Shown here: in pieces, positions 28,865 to 43,001 of the stretch
Position numbering within the stretch: the stretch's first letter is position 1
How the letters are laid out: each line of letters begins with the position of its first letter
DNA from: the human T2T-CHM13v2.0 reference genome, Homo sapiens
Strand: one strand, 5' to 3'
Assembly (NCBI RefSeq): GCF_009914755.1
Contig: NC_060926.1
DNA: 64,000 nucleotides
Program-made: the position numbers and the translations under genes
The notes under the pieces: model-generated
Seen by the model: the letters and a program-made list of their open reading frames with translations, nothing else
Databases searched by the model: none
What the model was told of the DNA's origin: nothing

Positions 28865-30260
28865 TGTCACATGCCTTATCTATGGCTGGGTGGATTTGTA
28901 ATGGGGGAAGCTCCTTCACTTCTACCAGCTACTATAGGTTGGGGCAATGCAGAGGTAACAGAGAAAGGGGCAGAGAACTTTATACTTACTAATTCACCAT
29001 TGTAATCCTTTCTTATACACTGCAGCTTCCCCAGCCAGCAATGGGCAGTTAGTCCCTTCTCTGTGTAAATATGTAGGTGTTCTTCTCTCTAGGGACTTAA
29101 GCATGGTTCTTTCAAGGCCCTTGCAGGAAGGCCTCCAAACTGCATAGTTGCCACTACAGACCTCTGGCTTCTCCTCTTCTACCCCATTTCCCTGTCCCTG
29201 CCTCTCAGCCGTCACCCTGTAGTCTCTTGTTTCTTGATTCTACTTGTCTAATACTAAGGCAGTTCAGGCACAGCTACCTTGAATATATACCCACCTGATC
29301 CAATGGGACTGACACAGCTTTGCTATGACAAAAGGTGGGACTATAAGCCTTCCTCTTGTCATTCCCATTTTGTCCTGCCACATCTCACCAACTCCCATCT
29401 CCTCTAGCTCAAATAGGCACAGGAGGGCTTATGAGCAAGTCTGAATCAAAAGCTACTTTATTTTATTTTATTTTTTTGTGGGAGACCGGAGTTTTATTAT
29501 TATTCACAACAGTCTCTCGAGCATTCAGGAAGCAGAGTTTTTAAGGATAATTTGGTCGATGAAGGGAAGCCAGTGAGCCACGAGTGCTGATTGGGCAGAG
29601 ATGAAATCATAGGGAATTGAGGCTGTCTTCTTGCGCTGAGTCAGTTCCTGGGTGGGGGCCACAAGATCAGATGAGCCAGTTTATTGATCTGGGTGGTGCC
29701 AGCTGATCCATCAAGTGCAGGGGATGCAAAGTATCTCACGCACTGATCTTAGGAGCAGTTTAGGGAGGGTCAGAATCTTGCAGCCTCCAGCTGCATGACT
29801 GCTAAACCATCATTTCTAATTTTGTGGCTAATATTAGTCCTACAAAGGCAGTCTAGTCTCCAGGCAAGAAGGAGGTCTGCTTTGGGAAAGGGCTGTTACC
29901 ATCCAAAAGCTATTTTATAATGACATGTCTGTCTGCCCTTCCTGTTGGCTCTACATCTCTGTGAGTATCTCGGTGCCTTCCTTGGTAGTTTGGGGCAGGT
30001 GGGAATCCTCCTCATTCCATTCCATGGGATAAGAAGAAAAACCTGACACTCTCCTCTCTAGATTGACTACTCTCACCGCTGATGATTTTTTTGGGTCCTG
30101 TCCTAGTCGTTTGGTAATAGCTACAGGAAATGAGGATGGCAGGTGGAGGATAAACGGTCATGTGGCTGCCTCTTGGTCTGCCTGGGATGTGTCCAGTACC
30201 AGTGAGTAGTGGTATCTCTGGATATTTGCTTCTAGTTGTCTATGTCCCTATGATTTGATA
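28865..30260 (-). mobile_element. Ancient LTR (MamGypLTR-like), host of the LTR8 insert
   Basis: Left end ccttatctatggctgggtggatttgtaatggggga resembles mammalian gypsy LTR termini as I recall them; right boundary uncertain. Confidence 0.4.
29462..29903 (-). mobile_element. LTR8 (ERV1) fragment with poly(A) tail and long TSD; probable processed retrocopy
   Basis: LTR8 motifs (gcgctgagtcagttcctgggtgggggccacaagatcagatgagcc); (TTTTA)n tail; TSD caaaagcta(c/t)tttat at 29447-29461 and 29904-29918. Confidence 0.85.
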
Positions 30261-30737
30261 ATGATAAATGGTTCTATTAGCTTGTACCATATGAATACCA
30301 CTTTTTTTCTAAACCAAAAATGGTCAAATATGGGCAGTTTCATATTTGAGGTGGATTTAGTCATCCTTCACCAATCCTGTTGTTTTGTTTGAGTTCAGAG
30401 TTGAAAATCCCCTCTGACAGTTTTGGGGTAAAGAATTGGGAGTTTCAGCCATGGCTCCTGATTACTATTCTGGTTTAATAATTGGGCAAAGTTATTGAGC
30501 CTCCCCTAGTTATTGAAGGGAACTTCAACAGGAATGAAAAAGCAAACTTCAGATATGAGAGTTTTTCTTTTTCTTAGATTTAAAGTGGAACTTGTCAATT
30601 TGGGAATTATTTTTGGTACATGTTTTAAAATATTTTATTTTCTTATTAAAAACAATAAAAATTCTAATTGTTATCCAGAAAATAACAATGTAAGACCTGA
30701 GAAACCTGATGGGAGTTTAGAAAATTTGTCAATAATA

Positions 30738-30895
<158 letters not shown>

Positions 30896-31429
30896 CTATT
30901 GAGTGAATTCAGCTAGAATGTTCTAGAATTACATTGTTTTCCCATTATTGTTACCAGACAGCCATGTCCATGGAAACACCAATTTGTGGGACATAGTTAT
31001 TTCCACCAGGTTGTTACAGAAGTAAAACAGTCTCAGGAACAAAAGGCCCTTTTGTACGCATATGAAAGGGAGAGAGAACATAATTTTAATATTGGGTATT
31101 TATCAGAATTACATGCATGTAGGGTAGCATGAAAGTGATTACAAAGTCTGGACAGAATTTGATACGAACTTATGTAGGAAGGTGGAAGATAGAACAACTA
31201 ACACTTCTCTTGAGAGACCAGAGGATGCACTTGTGATTGCCTTATGTATCCCTTGTGGGAGACCCCTGAACCAATTATGGAGCCAGTTTTACATGTTAAA
31301 AAGCCCACATATTTGCACTGTAAAATTATTAATAAAAGGCTGAGCCTTTAAATCAGGCCTATCGTATGTTCAAGGAGACATCCTAAAGAGGAGAGGGTGG
31401 GTAGGCAGCAGCCTCCCTCTTTAAAGAAA

Positions 31430-31980
31430 ATGTCACGGTTGTACCTTTATGAGGTACTTTTAAGAGTGTTAATTAATGGCTACAATTCTAGTCACCACTT
31501 TGTTGTTGTGTATCACAAAACTTCAACACATTCACATCCTTTGACCCAGTAGTTCAAGTTCTAGAAATCAATTTGTAATAAATATTTACATTTGCCTTAT
31601 TTGTATACAAGGAAGTTCATCTCAGAATTATTTAGATATGAGTAAGAATTTAGAAACAATCTGATGTCTATGAATAAGTGTTGGTTAAATTAAACTTGGT
31701 GCATCTTCCCATGTCATCAACTATATTCACTGTAAATTTAATGACCTGGGAAGATGCTCAAAATATATTATTAGGTGAAAAAAAATCACGACAAAACCTT
31801 ACATATATATGATCCCAATCTTCATACCTAGACATGTACCAGAAAAATACCCAAAGGATTTTAATAGGGCTTGTGTCTACAGGATGTATGAGGATAACTT
31901 ATATTCTACTTTTTACTTTTGTCTATATTTTTCATTTATATTTATAAAAATTTATATTAAGAAAAATGAATGCTATAAAA
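31430..31980 (+). mobile_element. L1ME-like 3' remnant
   Basis: cctttgacccagtagttcaagttctagaaat...gaaacaatctgatgtc...ggttaaattaaac. Confidence 0.6.
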
Positions 31981-32920
31981 AACAAAATGAATTGTAAGCT
32001 AGCATTTAATAGTAGCTGCTGTTCGAGTATATTTAATCATTTATAATGAAAATTTCTTTTGGACTTGCCATTTGTGCTGTAGAAGAACATCTGTTTTAAT
32101 ATTTTCCTGGCTGTATTTCATTTGTACATATTTTCTCTAAGTACTTGGAGTCTACTTTTCTAAGTGTGTTTCTGCCATAATCCCTTTGATCTTGAAGAAG
32201 CAGCATCAGGCCTGGAGCTGGAAATTCAAATAATAACTCCAAACCTGTTAGGATTTGGTGAGAAGTCTGTAGAAACATTTCTTAATTTTTTCTCATCCTG
32301 GCTTGTCTGTCATTGCACAGATAATGGACAGAGGAACCAAAATCATATGACTATTCAGACAGATTCAATCCCTAAAAAGGAGTAGATGCTGAAGGGCCTA
32401 AGTGGGTGGAGGAAGGGAAGGGAGGATCAGTCTTTCCAATATCCCTCCTCTCCAAGGAAGAGGATGCAAGGAAAGACTCTTTGTCCCTCTGTAGAGGGAA
32501 ATCCTGAGTTGTTCTTCTTCTCTGTAAGGGAAGAAGTGGGTAGAGTTATCAAAGCAAATAGAAAACGCTGATGGAAGATACGCAGAGGAGTTAAGCAGCT
32601 TTAAGTTTTAAAAACCTGTCTTTCAAATTAAAAAATTATGCAGAATGCTTTAATTTATTTCTAATATGTAATTGAAAATCTCTAATTGTAAAGATCTTGA
32701 AAATGTTTTTTGATTGAGAAGTTACAAGATTTTCAAAAGAATGCTTAAATTAATACGCAGGATTATTTGAAAAAAGTACTTAAATACTCTGAATATTGGT
32801 AACCACATATAGCAGATATAGTGATTTCTCAGGTAGAGAGATTATTCCATCATCTGCAGACCATCTATTTCCCCAAATATCCTTAAGTTAAATTTCATTA
32901 TATTATTAACATCTGAAGAT

Positions 32921-32939
32921 CTACCACTAGATGGCACTT
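32921..32939 (+). promoter_or_regulatory. Candidate CTCF binding site
   Basis: CCACTAGATGGCAC (32924-32937) matches the CTCF core consensus CCASYAGRKGGCRS at every position; lies in non-repeat sequence. Confidence 0.6.
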
Positions 32940-33629
32940 AAAATACACGAGACTCGGAGGAATGCTTCAAATGAGGGGCGAGGAAAGACACAGGACAGAA
33001 ATACAACTTGAGTTCTCAGAACAATGTTATCTACTTGCAGGAAAGGAAGAAAAGCAGGCCCAAGATTATTCTGAGACAATTGGAGGGTAAGATTCTGAAA
33101 ATGAACCTATAAGTGTTAGAATGTTTCTCTTTAAACATAATTTCCCTTCACCTAAATTGCTATTGATTAGCAGGTTTTTAGCATTAAGACAACAGGCTGT
33201 TGGACTAATGAGAGTTTGGTAAACAGTGAAGGGCTGTGTTCTCTCTGAAGAGGTTTGGAGTATGCACCAGGAATCAAAATGTGGGGCTTTAATCCCAGCT
33301 CGGTGTCTGCTCTGTTGTTTGGCACTGGGCTAACTGCTCTTTTTCACCTGTGGTTAATTTGATTTGTGCACCTCTTATACATCAGGGGAGAAAAATCCAG
33401 TATAAGGACATTGTGATGCACAAAACTGAGCAGCAGAATGTAAGAACTGATTTCAGGAACATGGCAGCAGGTGGCCAGTCTCACTGGATGTGGCAATCGG
33501 ATATGGATGAAGTGGCAGGTACACTTGGAGGAGTGGTAGGTGTTCATTTTTAGCCAAGGCATTATGCAACGCCATCAGGGAAAAAGCACAGGCAAGTAAA
33601 CAACAGCCAGACCTGCAGTACTAGGCACC

Positions 33630-33990
33630 AGGCAGCGTGTGCAGTCAGAACACACAGGGAGGAACGATGGGTGGATCAGTGTGAGGGATCTGGTTCAGGC
33701 TCTATAGCCAATCACCAGAGTGACCTTGGACACACAGGGAGGAAAGATGGCTGGATCAGTGTGAGGGATCTGGTTCAGGCTCTATAGCTAATCACCAGAG
33801 TGACCTTGGACACACAGGGAGGAACGATGGCTGGATCAGTGTGAGGGATCTGGTTCAGGCTCTATAGCCAATCACAAGAGTGACTTTGGACATGCTAAGA
33901 TGTCTCTGGGCCTCTGTTTCCTCACTTAAAAATGGGAGAGTTTAGCTTACATGATTTCTGAAATCCCTTGTAAAGCTTTTAGATCCTATC
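33630..33990 (+). mobile_element. MIR/MIR3 containing the triplication
   Basis: ggcagcgtg start, gtgac(c/t)ttggaca, tctctgggcctctgtttcctcacttaaaaatgggag core. Confidence 0.7.
33650..33892. repeat. Tandem repeat, 3 x 80 bp
   Basis: cacacaggga recurs at 33651, 33731 and 33811; copies differ pairwise at only 3-4 positions. Confidence 0.98.
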
Positions 33991-34124
33991 AGGACATAAT
34001 TGTCAATTTTTTGGATGTGGGCATAGCAGAGATTTTATCATCCTCCCTGTTTTCTAGAACAGGACATGGAGGCTGAGAAAGCTGGTAAATGTCCTGGCTT
34101 CAACTCTAGACATCGTCTATTCTT

Positions 34125-34281
34125 GCTGCCCTGCAGTGTGACCTGGACTGTATCAGCTTCATTTGGACATCTGTAGGAAATGCAGCCTCTCAGGCCTCAC
34201 CCTGGACCTTGCGATTCAGAATCTACATTTTTAATAAGACTGCCAGGTGATTCATATGTACATTAAAGTTGAGAGGCACCA
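34125..34281. mobile_element. MER5B
   Basis: gaaatgcag...tcagaatctacattttt...ccaggtgattcatatgtacattaaagttgaga. Confidence 0.75.
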
Positions 34282-34662
34282 GGCTGTACTATACTGTCTG
34301 AGCAAGCCCCAGGCTGCTGGCCACAGGAGAGCTCATCTTACAGCTAAGATATGTTTCCTTTTCTTTCTCATATGAGGACATCATTTAACTGAGGGGTGGG
34401 ATTTATCCATTCCTTCAACAAATATTTGTTAAGTAACCACTATGACTCAGTCACTGTTACCCTCTGGCATAACAGAAAGGAACAAGAATGTGATCTCTGT
34501 CCTTGGAGAGGAGTAAAGAAATTACTTGTAGGGGTCCTTCTTCTTTCTCTTCCTCTCTTTCTGTCTTCTATGTCAGGTTAGAATTGTAGGTGGCAAGATG
34601 AGGCCTGCAGTCTTCAATAGGCTTTGGTTGAGGATGTTTTTTTAACTTCTAAAAATCTAAGA

Positions 34663-34870
34663 CAAGGTTTCTGACAGTAAACATGATTGAAATTTTGGAC
34701 CAGATAATTCTTTGTTGTGGGGAATTGTTTTGTGTTTCTCGTAGGACATCTAGCAGCATCTCTGGCTTCTAAAGACACCAGCAGTAATCCCTGAGTTGTG
34801 ACAACCAATAACGTCTGCAGACATTAGAAATGTCCCTGGAGACTTTATCACCCCCAGTTGAGAACTAGTG
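34663..34870 (-). mobile_element. MER20
   Basis: ttttggaccagataattctttgttgtggg...agttgtgacaacc...ccagttgagaactagtg. Confidence 0.85.
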
Positions 34871-36177
34871 AGAGGATCCAGGGTATAGTCCAGAGGAGAG
34901 GCCATCAGAGCCATTTAAGTCTGATTGCATATGAAGTTTTCAGAAAAAGGGGTAAACGGGAACTTGAGCTTTCTCTGTCATTGTCAATCCCTTTCTCCGT
35001 AGTAAGGAAGTAGAGGTGGGTTTCAGGGCAGAACATCTATTTAGAATTAAGTAGTAACATTGTATTTAAAGTTTGTTTAGAATTGTTTCTTACAGAAATG
35101 AGGTAGAAGAGCAGAAATCTCTCTTACAGTTTCTATACTCAAAGCACTCTCTGAAATAAATTAGAATTGTTTCTCTGGACAGCCAAGATTTACTCACCCC
35201 TCCTGGTGTTTTTTGTTTGCTTTCTTTTTTAAGGTGACAAGACTTAAGTAGAGAAATACTGTGTTTCACATTTTGAGCCAACCAGATAGTCTATAGATAC
35301 ATTTTGTAGTCCATTGTAGATCCCCAAACAACCAGACACCTTTTTCTTCTTTGGAATCAGTAGGATTTAAATAATATGCCTGGAAGACTTCTGAGCCACT
35401 AGCATCTTCAAGTTCCTGGCTAAATTTACAGGTGAGAGAGGACATACTTCTGAAGTGATTCTAGCGCAAATAAATACCTCTGGAGTGAAAAGAGAGCATT
35501 TCTCTTGGACAAAAGCCAAAGCTGAACAGTCATACAAACCCTCTGTGTTCCTGAGTCACGAGTGGAGGGAGATGTGACCTTTCCACAGTTCTGTGTAAAT
35601 TTCAGAAGGCTAGTCTGTCTTGACTCGATTGTAGCTTGACCTCTGTCCTGTAGGAGCAAGAATTGACTTCCTGAAATCCCTCTTCAAATTAAAATCTGCT
35701 CTCTTGACTCATTTGTTTAACCCCTATGACATATGTTAAAGCTGTGGACTTAAAATGCTGGAGAGGGGCTGGAGCAGCAGGAAAGTCTCTGGGTCCCACA
35801 CAGCCTTTCTCGCGACTGGCAATGTGAAGTGTATTATTGAAAAAGGCTGGCAGCTCAAGGCATTGTTTGGCTTCCTACCTTGGCAACAGCAAGCAGCAAA
35901 CTGTAGAGAAGTTTCCCCCTAATCTGCTGGCAGCTTCTACACTGGTGAAATGCAATATGTAGTTTGCAGCACACTGATCCCTAAGAAGTGAATAATTTAC
36001 TTGAAGTAATTTTGCTGCTACCATGTTTTCAGACATCTTTGCCAACTGTGGAGAACATAGTCTGTTTTGACAATCACCAATAACCAATTTTCCCTGGGGG
36101 CAATTAGGGTAAGGCCTTGGGGTGCCCAGGTGAGGGTGCTAAATGCAAATTCACCCCACAGGCAAATTGCAGTGTCT

Positions 36178-36341
36178 GACTTCCTTGCTACTCAAAGTGG
36201 ACTGAGAACAATGACAGCAGCACATGGAGGCTTGTTAAAGGTGCAGAATCTTGGGCCTGCCCCAAACCTACTGAACCAGAATTTGCATCTTAACAAGGTC
36301 CCCAGGTAATTCATATACATGCTTAAATTTGAAAAGCAATG
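36178..36341. mobile_element. MER5B
   Basis: gctactcaaagtg...gcagaatcttgggcc...ttaacaaggtccccaggtaattcatatacatgcttaaatttgaaaagcaatg. Confidence 0.8.
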
Positions 36342-36433
36342 CTGTTTTAGGTCAGCAGTTCTTAACCTTGCCTGAACTTTAGAATTACTTGGGGAATTTT
36401 GAGATATCCTGATGCCCAGGCTAAAATCTAGAC

Positions 36434-37035
<602 letters not shown>

Positions 37036-37384
37036 GTAAACAAGTATTTTTTAAAAAATACTTCCCAAGTAATTCCAATGTGCAGTCAAGGTTGAGAACC
37101 ACTGATAGATTTGTTGCTAGAGAGCTATCAAGACAAGGAGTTTGGATTTTATAGGTCCAGAAAGATAACTTGGTTCCAGAATATGGGGTAAGTTGAACTA
37201 TGGTGGGTGACCAGTGCGTCAGCTGTGGAAGAAGGAGGACTATGGGACAGGGACGCAGATGGGACTAGTCAGGAATCACCAAATTGGCCCTTAAATAAGC
37301 AGGTTCAGAGACCTCCTGTAAATCCAGCAGGGAACTAAAGGGTGTAAATGAATACCTGGGGTAAAAGTCTAGTCATAGGCACTT

Positions 37385-38287
<903 letters not shown>

Positions 38288-41200
38288 ATAAGGGCCAGGC
38301 AATGAAAGGATAGGTTAGGGGAAGGCTGCTACTCCAAGAAATCTATAATGATTGGGAGTTTCCTGCTAGAATGCAGATTCAAGGCATCTCCACCCATGCT
38401 GGAGAGGGCTCTGGTAGCGGAGAAACCTACTTTGCAGATGAAACATTTTCCTCACATGCAGCTGGAGGGAGTGGGGAAAACAGTGGCACCAAAATACAAA
38501 TAAGCAAAGTAGATGCTAAGCTCATGAGGATTCAGAATAGATGGTCATTTATAATTTTCCTTGAGTTTAAATCATGCACAATGATACTTATGTAAGAATA
38601 AGTCTCTATCTAGATCATCAGCACTCGTGACATCTCCATTTGGTTCTACTGAGTTGTGCATATTGCATAAATACTATTATCTTTAAAATGTGGCTGTCTA
38701 TTAGAATTATCTGAGAGCACAAGGAAAATATTCCTGGGTCACCCCCAACATTCAGTGAATCAGCATCTCCGGACTTGGGGTTCAGTTGTGTATTTTCCAA
38801 AATGTGCCAGGGTCACTCCATGTGGTCAAAAAACAGGAGGCAAATTTTAGTGCTGATGATGGAGATGAAGAGGAAATAAAAGGTTTCAGAAAGTGATGAA
38901 GCTTTGACATAATCCAAAAGTTTTGCATAAATTAAATAGTAAAGGAAGTTAGATGCCACATGAAAATTTAGAATTAGCGAAGCTCTTGGATTGGATTCTT
39001 GTGAATGAAAGTCATTGGTCTATGCTTAGGTCTAAATGTGCTAAAGACTGTTCGTATTGTCTTAGGAATTTCACTTCCTGAAAACTGAAACTTTCATGTA
39101 GTTAAGTTCATATACTGTTGGATCTTATTGATTTAAGCTCCAACAGTATGCTTCTGAGATAATTCTAAAAGGATTGGAATAAAATTTATACTGAAATATT
39201 TCTGAAACAAAGGACCTCTAAGAAAATATAGGGTGTCATGATGTTCTCTCTTTTTATGGTGACAGTAGGGGTGATGGTCAGGGGGTCTGTTTGCTTAAAA
39301 AAAAACTTTAAAATTTTTTAAACAAAATTGTTTTTAAAGGTGAGAACTGCTGTTTATTACAAACGACTCATTTACTCATTAAGCTAGCTAGCTATTCGGA
39401 AAGATATGGTTGGTAGTTAGTTCTAATTTGTCCATTATGTGTTTGAAATAATGAAATAGTTAAAACTATGTTGTATTTAGGTTTACTGATAATTCAGATT
39501 CATTCTCCTAAATGAAATTCCTAAAAAATTAGAATTGTTTACCACAGTCATCTCTCGGAGATAGTTTATATTTCTAATACATAGTGAAAAAGTTTATAAA
39601 CTTAATATGAATGCATATGTTTTGTTTAAATTTTCAGAAAAGAGTAAAAAATTCTCATGCGACAAAATTAAAGTCCTTTACACATCTTGGTGTATTTTTT
39701 TCTTTTTATCTTTTATTGGTTTTCATGAGATTTTGTGAATGTATCAGGCGTTTATTTCTACCAAAGCAACTGACTGCTTTCATTGTTGCTCTCTCCTATT
39801 AATAATAAAAGCTTCAAAATGTTTATTCAATAAATATGTTCATACTCAGGAAATAATATTGCTTTTTGGCTAGAACTAATGGATAACTCTTTCACAATAA
39901 TTCATGGACTCTGCACTTAGTTTATCAAAAACATTTCACTAGTCCCTTAAAAGTGTTTTGCTTTTCCTGTGGAACCATAATAGTTGTGAGAATGAATAAT
40001 TCCTATGTACTTCAGGGCTTTTCTTAGGAATAATTTTTCTACATGGTCTTCACTATTATACTATCCTCAAAGAGGTGTCACTCAAGGAAACCTGGCCTAT
40101 AAAATAATAGTACACCTTTGATAGAAAAGAAATCACAAAAGGCTCAGCATGTGGACCAAGGAGTGTGGGTGAAAGAGGAAAGGAAATTGCAAACAGAGCA
40201 ATTGACAAGATTTAAGGGTTGAGATCTAGTTCTAAATCTCACACCAATTATTGGCAGGGCCTGGGACAAGAATTTGACTTCATAGACCATCCCCAATATC
40301 TCTCAAACTTAGAGGTGGTTAGGGGTGATATAGGTTCTGGTTTGTCTTACTCTATCTAGGTGAGAAACTATTCACAGAGCCTAGAAGGTGAATGAGGGCT
40401 GTGGAATGCAAGCATCACATCTCTCATTGCCTCTGCTGTGACTTTTGGCAATTCTTTCCTTGAGTTGGTGGGAATAACTCTCCCTTTGAAATAAAAACGA
40501 GTCCTCAGTTCATGTAGTTCTGCCAATAAAGAGCTGTCAAATCACAGTCCTGAGCCAGGCTTTTCCCCAGTAGAAACAGAAAGACACAGAACATCCCATG
40601 AGCCCAGAGAGACCTAATTAATAATAAAATAAGCCTTTACTCCATGCAAGATTTCTTAGACTTGAGGCCACATATGTGGAAGTCAGTGGTCTCATGAGAG
40701 AAGTAGACAATGAGTAGACATAAACTAAAAGAACAAATGACTCTGTGCCCAAACTAATCATTTTCATTTCTGCCCTATGATGTAGGTGCATCATTCACTC
40801 TTAGCTATCCATAGATGTATTCTGATATAATAATAATATATATATTCTATGTATTAGTATTTATTCTAATAAAACACAAGTTTTTTCTTAAGATATTCTT
40901 GGTTGTTTATGTCAGAACAGACGGGATCCCCATTTTCCTTATTCATCCCATTGCATCTAAAGTTTTAACAATATCTTTCATTTTACATTTGCATTCTTGG
41001 AGAGGTAAGAGCAGTAAAAGTATCCTTTACCAATGAAGCATTAATCATAAAGGAAAGCTAATAAGACACAATTGCTAAGTGATAATATCTGGCATTTAGT
41101 GAGCACACAGTAAATTAATTTTGTTAATAATTTATTAAATAATGAAGTAGAACTATGGGGGCTGTTGGAGAAAAGGAGATCAGTCATACTTGGAGATTTT

Positions 41201-41319
41201 GTAAATTTTGTTTTTAAATGTTTCCTTTTTAAACAAAGAATCTTGCTTGATTGCTCTATGTTCTCAACCTCTCACTAAATCATGCCACTTTTGCATAAAG
41301 ATTCAGGGAAAAAGGTTGG

Positions 41320-41530
41320 AAAGCTATTATGTGTTAAACACTTTTACCTGTATTGTCTGACTGGTTCTTCCCAATAGCCCTTCAAAGTTAATGTTGCGAT
41401 ATTGCTACCCATTCCTATTTTACAGATGAGAAAAGTGAAACCCAATGAGATTAATTTGCTCATGGTCACGTAAAAATTAGTGACAGAACTAGGATTTGAA
41501 CATAGACCTAACTGTAGGACTTTGACCTTT
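41320..41530 (-). mobile_element. MIR
   Basis: attttacagatgagaaaagtgaa...ttgctcatggtcac...ggatttgaac. Confidence 0.8.
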
Positions 41531-41844
41531 CCGGCAACATCCAGTCCCTCTTTTTACTTTTATCTCCCACAGATTGCATGCCTAGTGATTCCCAGATCTG
41601 TGGACGAGTATGTCAACACCTCTGCCAAAAATCTTCTGCTTGTGCAGTCATATTTATTAGTCTCCACCTAAAAATATATCTAGTCTAACCTTATCACTGC
41701 TAAAAAGATCCAGTGATTTAATTCATCAATGAACGTTGTTAAATTATAGCCTCAGGCATATATATGTAGACCTAAAAGATGTCTCAAATTTTATATTCCA
41801 TTTGGGGGTCATCATTGGAAAAATTGTAAAGTATATAGTTCATA

Positions 41845-42375
41845 GTCATTCATCCACTGATTTTAACAAATGCGTATTGCACTTCTAAGGTGGCAGGCAT
41901 GAGTCTAAGTGCTAGGAATACAACAATGACAAATAGACAAAAGTTCTTCTCACATGGAGCTTACATTTCAGTGGCAGGTGATTGTGGGGGCAATGAATAA
42001 ACAAATGAGTAAATGTATAATATATCAGATAATAAGCACTGTGAACAAAAATGAAGCTGGGAAAGAGAACTGGGAATAATGGACTGGAGGGATGGTGTTG
42101 TGCTATTTTATATTGGATTATAAGACAAGGTTTCTTTAATGAGGTGACAATTGAAAGAGTTAAAAGAAGAGGGGCTGTGGATCTCTGAGCATTCCAAGAG
42201 GAGGGAACAGTTAAGTGCAAAAACTTTGAAGTGGGAGTATTCATGGTGTGTTGAAGTTACTGCAGGGAGGCCAGAGTGGTCAAAATAGAGGGAGAAAGGG
42301 TTGGGGGGCGGACAGGTAGGAGATGAGGATGGAGGTAATAGGGATGGAGGGCAGATCATATGCATATGCAACAGC
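41845..42375 (-). mobile_element. L2
   Basis: cattcatcc...aacaaatgcgtattg...catggagcttacatt...gaggtgacaattga...ggccagagtgg. Confidence 0.85.
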
Positions 42376-42504
42376 AAGCTTAGTGCTCTTCTACTACACA
42401 CCCCCTCTCCACCAGCATTTCTTTGAATTTATTTTCAGAATATTTTCCATTCTTTCTGTTATCCAGAGACACCTTACACGTGTGTCACCCTCCAGAGACC
42501 CTGT

Positions 42505-42790
42505 AGTGCAATGCTTAATTTCAGACTTTGTAAACAGGCTATATGGGTTCAAATTTTGACTCTTGCATATGACTTTGGGCAAGTTACTCAAATTTTCCAC
42601 GCTTCCATTTCCTCATCTGAAAAACGGAGATGGTGATGATGGCGATGACGATGATGAAGATGATGATAATGATGATAGCACCTATGTTATAGGGCTATTT
42701 TAAGAATCGCATGAGTTAGTATGCAGAAGGCACTTATAACAGTGCTTGGCACATAGGAAGCACCATGTAAGAGTGGGCTTGTTTTATTTT
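42505..42790 (+). mobile_element. MIR with an internal (GAT)n
   Basis: gactttgggcaagttact...tttcctcatctgaaaaacgga...cagtgcttggcacatag. Confidence 0.85.
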
Positions 42791-42923
42791 TAGAGAGGAT
42801 AGTGATCTGTTAAAGTAAATCACAAGGTCCACTACGTCATTCTCCCCAAGGAGTTTTTCCTTCTAAGAGACAGTATTTCCTTATTTGTAATAGTAGAATC
42901 CTAGGCTTGAGCGGAACTTGCTA

Positions 42924-42964
42924 TAGTAATAGACAGGGTTCTCCAGAGAAACAGAACAAATAGA

Positions 42965-43001
<37 letters not shown>

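Noticed and set aside
33650-33892. 80-bp repeats as a CRISPR-like array
   Set aside because: The units are contiguous with no unique spacers, the context is eukaryotic, there are no cas genes, and the sequence derives from a MIR
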